A stretch of DNA of 64,000 nt from Macrostomum lignano (taxonomy: Eukaryota), in the NCBI GenBank assembly GCA_002269645.1, contig NIVC01001832.1, positions 1-64,000 on the forward strand, in the 5' to 3' direction. Below the pieces are notes generated by a model. The model made no database searches. It worked only from the letters and a program-made list of their open reading frames with translations, and was not told the DNA's origin. This document shows, piece after piece, positions 52,468-64,000 of this stretch. The position numbers were made by a program, and so were the translations under genes. Position 1 is the stretch's first letter. Every line of letters starts with the position of its first letter.

Positions 52468-53630
52468 GACAGGGGCATCACCTGTTAGACTGGGACATCA
52501 CCTGTTAGACTGGGGCATCACCTGTTAGACTGGGGCATCACCTGTTAGACTGGGGCATTACCTGTTAGATTAGTGCATCACCTGTTAGACTGGGACATCA
52601 CCTGTTAGACTGGGGCATCACCTGTTAGACTGGGGCATTACCTGTTAGACTGGGGCATCACCTGTTAGATTGGTGCATCACCTGTTAGACTGGGACATCA
52701 CCTGTTAGACTGGGGCATCACCTGTTAGATTAGTGCATCACCTGTTAGACTGGGACATCACCTGTTAGACTGGGGCATCACCTGTTAGACTGGGGCATTA
52801 CCTGTTAGATTAGTGCATCACCTGTTAGACTGGGACATCACCTGTTAGACTGGGGCATCACCTGTTAGACTGGGGCATTACCTCTTAGACTGGGGCATCA
52901 CCTGTTAGATTGGTGCATCACCTGTTAGACTGGGACATCACCTGTTAGACTGGGGCATCACCTGTTAGATTAGTGCATCACCTGTTAGACTGGGACATCA
53001 CCTGTTAGACTGGGGCATCACCTGTTAGACTGGGGCATTACCTGTTAGATTAGTGCATCACCTGTTAGACTGGGACATCACCTGTTAGACTGGGGCATCA
53101 CCTGTTAGACTGGGGCATTACCTGTTAGACTGGGGCATTACCTGTTAGACTGGGGCATCACCTGTTAGATTGGTGCATCACCTGTTAGATTGGTGCATCA
53201 CCTGTTAGACTGGGGCATTACCTGTTAGACTGGGGCATCACCTGTTAGATTGGTGCATCACCTGTTAGACTGGGACATCACCTGTTAGACTGGGGCATCA
53301 CCTGTTAGACTGGGGCATTACCTGTTAGACTGGGGCATTACCTGTTAGACTGGGGCATCACCTGTTAGACTGGGGCATCACCTGTTAGACTGGGGCATTA
53401 CCTGTTAGACTGGGACATCACCTGTTAGACTGGGACATCACCTGTTAGACTGGGGCATCACCTGTTAGACTGGGGCATCACCTGTTAGACTGGGACATCA
53501 CCTGTTAGACTGGGGCATCACCTGTTAGACTGGGGCATCACCTGTTAGACTGGGGCATCACCTGTTAGACTGGGGCATCACCTGTTAGACTGGGACATCA
53601 CCTGTTAGACTGGGGCATCACCTGTTAGGC
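52468..53630. repeat. 20-bp minisatellite (CACCTGTTAGACTGGGGCAT)
   Basis: Directly visible. Confidence 0.96.
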
Positions 53631-53821
53631 AAAAGTTCCCTGTTAAAAACTATTACTACCTGTTATTATACAGCACCATTGCCTGTTGGTTTACCAGGTA
53701 ACCATCAGGTAATTTACAGATTTTATGATCACTCTTCTCTTCCGCAGAAGAAACCTCAAAGTGTAGAAGAGCCGGAAAAAAGGCTGCGGACACAAGAAGA
53801 AGAAGCAGAAGAAGCAGAAGT

Positions 53822-54158
53822 ATGACCCACTGCCATCCAGTCTGCGCGTGCCTGGACTCTCTAGGAGACGAGGAGCTGCCCGAGTATCGAGTGTGGACTC
53901 TGGGCTCTGAGCAGGTTGTGAACATTTCCGCCGTGGACTTTTGCACTCTTGAGCACGAGCTGCCGCGCGGTTCGGCCTGGCAGAATCGAACCAATCGAGA
54001 CGTGCTCAGAGTGCTGCTAACCCGCTATCTGGCCCCGCCAGTGATTGTGCTTACTGTGCTCACCAATATTACTATCTGTGTAGTGCTCACAAGGAAGCAC
54101 ATGGTGTCGCCGACAAATATTATCCTGCTGGCGATGGCGCTGATGGATATGCTTACTG
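53822..54158 (+). CDS. Class A (rhodopsin-like) peptide GPCR, first coding exon (N-terminus, TM1, part of TM2); FMRFamide/sex-peptide-receptor-like
   Basis: N-glycosylation sites NIS and NRT, TM1 YLAPPVIVLTVLTNITICVVL, then TRKHMVSPTNIILLAMALMDMLT. Acceptor ttccgcag| at 53747 and donor g|gtgagg at 54158. Confidence 0.85.
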
Positions 54159-54169
54159 GTGAGGCTGGG

Positions 54170-54520
54170 GTGGTTTACAGTCATAGACAGATGGTTTACA
54201 GCCATAGACTAATGGTTTACAGCCATAGACTAATAGTTTACAGCCATAGACTAATGGTTTACAGCCATAGACAAATGGTTTACAGCCATAGACTAATGGT
54301 TTACAGCCATAGACAAATGGTTTACAGCCATAGACTAATGGTTTACAGCCATAGACAAATGGTTTACAGCCATAGACAAATGGTTTACAGCCATAGACTA
54401 ATGGTTTACAGCCATAGACAAATGGTTTACAGCCATAGACTAATGGTTTACAGCCATAGACTAATGGTTTACAGCCATGGACAAACAGAGCGGTTTTCAG
54501 CCATGGACAAACAGAGCGGT
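54170..54520. repeat. 21-bp minisatellite (ATGGTTTACAGCCATAGACTA)
   Basis: Directly visible; begins about 12 bp after the GPCR donor. Confidence 0.95.
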
Positions 54521-55119
54521 TTTCAGCCATAGATAAAAGTAGATTGGTCTGCAACCTATGTATTCGCCCCATAATCCAGAGTCACGAAAAAACTTAAGAC
54601 TGAGTGGAATCAGAGCTAGCTCCCTCTAGCGGATTCAGGTTAAAGTAGCTGACCTATTTGACAAGAAAAATAGACAACCTCTGCGCTTTCCTCAGTTTTT
54701 CTTTCTGTTCCCTTCTTTTTTCATTCCTTGAACCAACACTGTCAGCTGCACTTCACCCCGTGCCACGGAAAATTTGAAGTTTTCTTTGAATTCCAGTCAA
54801 GAACTGTATCGTTCGGTAGTTCCGTCTTTCGCTCACTCTTCACCAATGAGAGTTGACAGCGCGTGCAACTGAATGTCAGAATTCACTCAAATTCCAGGAG
54901 CATTTCGAATCCAAATGGGCCAGTGAAAGAGGATACTATTTTGCTGAAAAGAAAAAATCTACTAGCAAGTGAATTGAAGCAGAGATTTAGAAATTCGTAT
55001 GCCGTCACGAATGAATAGGAAAAGTACTTCCTTTTTTGCAGTGCCAATTTGATATAGTAGGAATATACTATACTAGGGATTCCTGCCTGCATGACCCACA
55101 GAATTTCTCAGTTTTGAAT

Positions 55120-55915
55120 ATGCTCCTAATCTCTCTATTCTCCAGAATGTACACTCGCTTGACAAGCCACTCCCTACCCCAGAATGTACACTCGTTCGAC
55201 AAGCTACTCCCTACCCCAGAATGTACACTCGCCCGGCAAGCCACTCTCTACCCCAGAATGTACACTTGTTCGACAAGCCACTCGTCCATACCCAGAACGT
55301 ACACTCGCTCGACAAGCCACTCCCTACCCCAGAATGTACACTCGTTCGACAAGCCACTCCTCCCTATCCCAGAATGTACACTCACTCGACAAGCCGCTCC
55401 TCCATACCCCAGAATGTACACTCGCCCGACAAGCCACTCTCTACCGGTACCCCAGAGTGCACACTCACTCGACAAGCCACTCCCTATCCTAGAATGTACA
55501 CTCGCTCGACAAGCCACTCTCTACCCCAGAATGTACACTCGTTCGACAAGCCACTCCTCCCTACCCCAGAATGTACACTCGCTCAACAAGCCACTCCTCC
55601 ATACCCCAGAATGTACACTCGCCCGACAAGCCACTCTCTACCGGTACCCCAGAGTGCACACTCACTCGACAAGCCACTCCCTATCCTAGAATGTACACTC
55701 GCTCGACAAGCCACTCTCTACCCCAGAATGTACACTCGTTCGACAAGCCACTCCTCCCTACCCCAGAATGTACACTCGCTCAACAAGCCACTCTCTACCC
55801 CAGAATGTACACTTGTTCGACAAGCCACTCGTCCATACCCCAGAACGTACACTCGCTCGACAAGCCACTCCTCCATACCCCAGAATGTACACTCGCTCAA
55901 CAAGCCACTCTCTAC
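55120..55915. repeat. ~38-43-bp minisatellite (CCCCAGAATGTACACTCGCTCGACAAGCCACTC..)
   Basis: Directly visible. Confidence 0.93.
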
Positions 55916-58900
55916 TATAGAATACGCACCTGGGCCAATCTAAAAGCCTGTAAGTAAATTCATTCGACAGAAGCTCTACAATTGACAATATTGTTGTGTC
56001 GGGCCGTCTGATTGAATTAAGAGAACTCCTGCAGCGGGCGAGCTCGAGTTCGCTTCAGTCCGCTGGCCGGACTGAGCTTCGGTTCTGAGCGGAGGTCGCG
56101 TCAAGAAGCGTCGACAGTCCGTCCCTAAACTTCCCAAACACTGTTCCCAAGTTCAGTGCAATTCTGAAAGTAGTAACTCAAACACGCGAACTTACTGGCG
56201 ATGATCAACTCAGTGTAGCTCGTATGAACGACTCAGCGGAGAGCAGGTGGCGTGATTATGATGTAACCGCCCTTGTCGCCTGTCCGCTCCGTAGAGAGAC
56301 GAACGCATGACCAGAGGGGGGCAATGACCGTAGGCTGCCTATGACCGGGCAATGACCTGACGGACCTCCAACACCAGACTGTCCCGCCCACATGATTGAT
56401 AGCTTTGGTAGCGCTTCGTGACCAGAGGGCCAAGGACCACCATGGACCCCACCTGTAGCCAAGGTGCAATAGTTGGTCACTCGGTCATAGTATGACCAAG
56501 TGGCTGCCACCACTCTTTGTGACCTGGCGCACCTAGATCTTACTACCAGACCTCTCGAGGCTAGAGCCCCGCCTGGATTGGTTACCAGGGGATTTAGGCT
56601 AACAGGGGAGACACATGCAGCCGAGTACAGGGACTCTGCTTGGGGCATGATCGGGAACTCTGGGCTCAATCCGGAGGATTTCTCAGCAGGGGATCCTTTG
56701 TGGCTGTGAGCGAGGCTGACTTGCGACTTTAATTACTAAGAGTAGTATGAGGCGAATATGAACTGTCTATAGTTTAGATTGCTCAGGGCGAAGGGACGCG
56801 TCAGCATGGGGTTGCAACCTTCCTACTGCCATTCTGTGCCAAGACTCGCTAATCCCCTCTACTGCACGCACACACGGCCCCGCCGCACGCACTCACAGGT
56901 GAGCTTTGCACGGGGAGAGGCCATTAGCTTACCAAAACTTCCTTATGATTTGCCACCCAGGGAGAAAGGCTTAGCAAGCCATGAGTGAAATGATGGTGAA
57001 AGAGTGAATGATGAGGAGTTTATTTAGTATTGGTTAATAATTAGGCCCTTACGCAAAATAATCAGGCAATTAGGCGGCTTCACTATTGAATAGATACAGC
57101 AAAAGTTACGGTATCACGATTGGCTCAGCTCTCAAATTAAGCAATGGAAAATAGGCGAACCCCGGATAAGCAAAGGCAATCAGAGCACAAATTAGTAATA
57201 GGAACTTACCGGCAGCTGCACAGAGAGAGAGAGAGAGAGAGATGGAGTGACCGTGGGCGGCTGTTGGCTGCAGTCGGGCAGGAAGTGAAGCGGCGATGCG
57301 CTGAAGCGACGAGGCGCTGATGTAGTTCAGGCGATGTTGAAGATGATTGGCGGTGACAGACCGCGGACCGGCAGAGGTTCGTCCTATAGACGAATGGGTC
57401 AGATCGAGATCTGACAGCAAGTCCACAATAGGGACAAGACAATAGCCTTTTGAGGATTCTCATGCCGAAAACCGCTTCCTTATTTAGCCTTCCCAGCCGC
57501 CGCTCCAAGGTCGTTTCCATGACTCCCTCTCTCTGATTGGCTGCCGGCAGAATGACGTCATAATGATTAGGCCCTATTCATTATGGGGAGTCACGATGAG
57601 AAGCATGAGAACGGCCTAGCAACATGAGAAATGGGAAAATTGCGCAATCCGGAGGTGGGGTGGTGGATAATTGGCGCAGCGGGAGGTCGAGAAAGTGTTG
57701 CGCAAGCAAACACTGAGAACAATGGGGCTGGGGTCGAGGACAAAGGAAATGGAAAACGGGGATAATTGGGGAGAATCGAGAACAATAGAAAAGCAAACAT
57801 TGGGGAAAAGGTGATAATTAGGTGCGAAAAGAGAACAATAGAAAGAGAAAATTGGAGAAAATGTGATAATTGGTGGGGGTAAAGAGAACAAAAGAATCAA
57901 AAACGAGAACAATAGAAGCGGAAGTGGGGCGGGTGTCGCATGAGAAATTTGGGGAGGAGAACAATGGCATGAGAAAAGGTTGCGCAAGAGAGGGTGATGA
58001 GTCATCGATGAGTCATCGAAGGGAAAGAGGGGTCACAAGACTTGCGTCACCGTTTGGGAGTTTAATAAGGGATGGGGTGACGGTGAGCGCACAAAGTACT
58101 GTAAGTAGACACTGAGAAAGGAGGAACAGCGCAGGAAAATAGTGCAAAAAGAGACAAAAAGATGGGGGACCGGAGAAGTACATAACGAATAGGGTAGAGC
58201 GCATAGGAGATAGGGTAGAGGGGGAGGTCCAGAGAGGGACAGGGAGCTCCAGAAAGGCATGTGTGGCGGCCCGGGAGACGGAACCGAGGCAGCAGGAGGT
58301 GCAGCAGAGCGGGAGTCAGCAGGCCTGGTCAAAGACCTGGCGCAGTCTCGACGGCTCTGCTCAGGAGGGTGCACGGTGATTGGAGGTACTGTCGAAAAAT
58401 TTCCCTTGCCATATCCCGCGACCAGAGCGTGATTACATCAATTAGCTAAGTTCTCGTAGATAGTTTTCGGTAGTCAGTATTCTGTTTAAAGGTCTAGTTT
58501 AAGTTGCAAGACCGCGCGCCCCCTGCTCACCGCCAGCGATTCTCATTATATTTAGACTGCCTGGCGTAAGCCCTAGGGTCCCACGCCAGACAGCATTAGC
58601 ACAAACAATCCACCCCAAACCAATCGCGACACGCCAGAGGGGTCCAAAATGCAATATGTAACAAAATCAGCCAATCAAAAGAATGGGGGGTTGGCGCAGA
58701 TAACGCGGGGCAGGGGGGGATGTACACACCCTGGAACGGGGGCGAAAACAACTGCACGGGGGGTTTGGCATAGGCAGAAAAAGGGCACAAACACTTTAGG
58801 GGGGGGTAAAAGTGCAGCACCGGGCCCACCTGCCTGAGAGTCCAAGATCGCTCACCAGTGCAAGTGCACCCCGGCACAACAATATCTATTCTCGTGAATC

Positions 58901-59074
58901 AGTTTCATCACGTGTTTTCAACATTTTAATTAAAATAAAAGGCTGCAACAGCTAAAGCAACAGAAATGTTAAGCCGACAGTATCAAAACAGCAAAAAACA
59001 TCCTGACTGTTGTTGCACAGGTTGCTAGACTTTTTCTTATATCCTGTTGACTCGTAAACACAGTTTGTGGCTAA

Positions 59075-59330
59075 ATGAAGTCTAGGGGACAGGCGACCCC
59101 TAGAAAGAAGATACTGAGAGCCACGGTGAAGAGAAATGAAACAAAATCGGGCTTAATGATGCAAAATAAGGAGGGTCAAGTCATCCATGAAAACGAGAAG
59201 GTTCACAGAGACAGTGACAGACAATGGGCCACGCAAATGCTTGAAGAGCGTCTGCCAATCGATCCGAGAATCTGCACAGCCCGCACAGAAAAAGAAGTAA
59301 TTCCTCAAACTGAGAGAGTCAGACTCTTCC
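59075..59330 (+). pseudogene. Possible degraded non-LTR retrotransposon fragment (endonuclease-RT linker)
   Basis: NKEGQVIHENEK..W resembles the D.dG.vi....i..rW linker of LINE ORF2; weak similarity. Confidence 0.25.
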
Positions 59331-59789
59331 GCATCAGGAAATCCTATAGTAGTTTTCCCAAAGCTGCTCAAACTAGTCTCCATGTTAGCTCATACACCCC
59401 AGGATCGAGAAGTGTCATGCTCACGTCAAGGCCTATATATTCGAATACAATAGTTTAAAGGCTTCAAAGAGACACAGGAGTTGTAAGGAAAACAAGTCGA
59501 GTTAACGATATGCGAAAATTTAATTTAGCAATGACTCCAGTCTCTCTAGGATCAACCTGCTTTCAAGCTGGACCCACAGAGAGGCTGAATTGCTGAGTGG
59601 CTTTTAGTTTCCGTAGTTCCGATTAGCTTCCATTGAGTTTCCACGATGCGATTAGCTTCCATAAATTTTGCACCGTTTTGATAAGCTTTCTTATGCTTTT
59701 AATACCACACTAAACGAAGTGTTTTCCTGTACATGCAGCTCATTTCTAGCAGCCTTTTTGCAATTTCTAGTCTTATTTATCATATTCTC

Positions 59790-61760
59790 CTCTCTCTCCC
59801 TTCCTCGCTCTCGCCTCTCTCACTCTCTCTCCCTTCCTCGCTCTCGCCTCTCTCACTCTCTCTCCCCTCCCTCACTCTCTCCCTCTCTCACTCTCTCTCC
59901 CCTCCCTCACTCTCTCTCCCCTCCCTCACTCTCTCTCCCCTCCCTCACTCTCTCTCCCCTCCTTCACTCTCTCTCCCCTCTCTCACTCTCTCTCCTCTCT
60001 CTCACTCTCTCTCCTCTCTCTCACTCTCTCCCTCTCTCACTCTCTCTCCTCTCTCTCACTCTCTCCCTCTCTCCCTCTCTCCCTCTCTCACTCTCTCACT
60101 CTCTCTCCTCTCTCTCACTCTCTCCATCTCTCACTCTCTCTCCTCTCTCTCACTCTCTCCATCTCTCACTCTCTCTCCTCTCTCTCACTCTCTCTCCCCT
60201 CCCTCACTCTCTCTCCCCTCCCTCACTCTCTCTCCCCTCCCTCACTCTCTCTCCCCTCCCTCACTCTCTCTCCCCTCCCTCACTCTCTCTCCCCTCCCTC
60301 ACTCTCTCTCCCCTCCCTCACTCTCTCTTCTCTCTCTCACTCTCTCCCTCCCTCACTCTCTCCCTCTCTCACTCTCTCTCTCCTCTCTCTCACTCTCTCC
60401 CTCCCTCACTCTCTCCCTCTCTCTCACTCTCTCCCTCTTTCACTCTCTCTCCCCTCCCTCACTCTCTCCCTCACTCTCTCTCCCCTCTCTTACTCTCTCT
60501 CCCCTCTTTCACTCTCTTCCCTCTTTCACTCTCTCCCTCTCTCACTCTCTCTCCCCTCTCTCACTCTCTCTCCCCTCTCTCCCCTCTCTCACTCTCTTCC
60601 CTCTTTCACTCTCTCTCCCCTCCTTCACTCTCTCTCCCCTCTTTCACTCTCTTCCCTCTTTCACTCTCTCCCCTCTCTCACTCTCTCTCCCCTCTCTCAC
60701 TCTCTCTCCCCTCTCTCACTCTCTCTCCCCTCTCTCACTCTCTTCCCTCTTTCACTCTGTCTCCCCTCTCTCACTCTCTCTCCCCTCTCTCACTCTCTTC
60801 CCTCTTTCACTCTCTCTCCCCTCTCTTACTCTCTCTCCCCTCTCTCACTCTGTCTCCCCTCCCTCACTCTCTCTCCCCTCTCTCACTCTCTTCCCTCTTT
60901 CACTCTCTCTCCCCTCTCTCACTCTCTCTCCCCTCTCTCACTCTCTCCCTCTCTCACTCTCTCTCCTCTCTCACTCTCTCCCTCTCTCACTCTCTCTCCT
61001 CTCTCTCACTCTCTCCCTCTCTCCCTCTCTCCCTCTCTCCCTCTCTCCCTCTATCCCTCTCTCATTCTCTCTCCCTCTTTCACTCTCTCTCCCCTCCTTC
61101 ACTCTCTCTCCCCTCTCTCACTCTCTTCCCTCTTTCACTCTCTCTTCCCTCCTTCACTCTCTCTTCCCTCTTTCACTCTCTTCCCTCTTTCACTCTCTCC
61201 CCTCTTTCACTCTGTCTCCCCTCTCTCACTCTCTCTCCCCTCTCTCACTCTCTCTCCCCTCTCTCACTCTGTCTCCCCTCTCTCACTCTCTCTCCCCTCT
61301 CTCACTCTCTTCCCTCTTTCACTCTCTCTCCCCTCTCTTACTCTCTCTCCCCTCTCTCACTCTGTCTCCCCTCCCTCACTCTCTCCCCTCTCTCACTCTC
61401 TCCCTCTCTCACTCTCTCTCCTCTCTCACTCTCTCCCTCTCTCACTCTCTCTCCTCTCTCTCACTCTCTCCCTCTCTCCCTCTCTCCCTCTCTCCCTCTC
61501 TCCCTCTATCCCTCTCTCATTCTCTCTCCCTCTTTCACTCTCTCTCCCCTCTCTCACTCTCTCTCCCTTCTCTCACTCTCTTCCCTCCTTCACTCTCTCT
61601 CCCCTCTTTCACTCTCTTCCCTCTTTCACTCTCTCCCCTCTCTCACTCTCTCTCCCCTCTCTCACTCTCTCTCCCCTCTCTCACTCTCTTCCCTCTTTCA
61701 CTCTCTCCCCTCTCTCACTCTCTCTCCCCTCTCTCACTCTCTCTTCCCTCTCTCACTCTC
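59790..61760. repeat. CT-rich low-complexity satellite (CTCACTCTCTCTCCC..)
   Basis: Directly visible. Confidence 0.95.
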
Positions 61761-62344
61761 TCCTGTATTTTTCCTTGAGAATAATTTTTCAAATTCCAAA
61801 GTCTCGGTAAAAATACCTTACATCATCTCTTTACCGTGTCAGTTTTTGGGAGCGGAGGTTCTCTTACCCTTCTCTTACCCTTCTCTTACCCTCTCTAGCT
61901 ACCATCGAATAGCGTGAAACCCCCTCAGCCCTGAGCAGTTCTAAGGGATTTGACTTGGAAGCATCGGTCAAAGCCACTTAATCCTTTTTTGCAAGAAAGT
62001 CATTTACGCGGGACTACGAATGAAGGCAATTAAATTCCAGGTTATACAGCCTTGTATTTTTAAACGCCCGCCTTCTTCATTGACTGTTGGAGCTTTGCTG
62101 GCACTGCAGGCTTCTGGCTTGGCGTTCCTTTGGGCCAGCTGTCTATTTGATGAGGCCCCGTGTTCAATGCCAGCGCAGCTGCAGCTTGCTGAATTATTGA
62201 CTAGGGTCTCACTCAGTGTGTGCCTGAACTGCTCCTGTGAGCCTGTTTTGGCTTAACGGTTAAATTCTTTTTAGTCGGCTTTAATGAGCATGTCTTTGTA
62301 GAGCCACTGGTTGTACTTTGCAGCAAAGATTTTCCGAGTTTTTT

Positions 62345-64000
<1,656 letters not shown>

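Noticed and set aside
56261-56710. Possible solo LTR starting TGTAAC
   Set aside because: No second LTR, clear CA end, TSD or PBS could be identified.

Overview
This window is eukaryotic (animal) genomic DNA. The satellite-filled introns resemble the flatworm Macrostomum lignano, but that is an inference from style only. Three layers are present. (1) Positions 1-12085 are the right part of an integrated Polinton/Maverick (adintovirus-like) dsDNA element. On the + strand it carries the major capsid C-terminus, an adenain-type protease, an A32/FtsK packaging ATPase, two conserved unknown ORFs, a DEDD-nuclease-fold-like ORF and an intact, divergent TATA-binding-protein (TBP)-like gene. On the - strand it carries a protein-primed PolB and a terminal Cys/His-rich ORF with an LxCxE motif. 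The element ends in ...CTACTACT, a typical Polinton terminus. (2) Positions 13497-43651 (-) hold at least 24 exons of a polycystin-1 (PKD1)-like gene (signal peptide, WSC, PKD repeats, REJ, GAIN/GPS, TM1, PLAT). An RFX X-box lies upstream, and the 3' exons must lie beyond the Polinton, so the element appears to be intronic. (3) Positions 44-64 kb are mostly satellites, plus the first coding exon of a class A peptide GPCR (+). Most large introns contain a different tandem repeat, and most long ORFs in the track are artefacts of these repeats. The top candidate for a new system is a Polinton encoding its own TBP paralog together with an E1A-like regulator.
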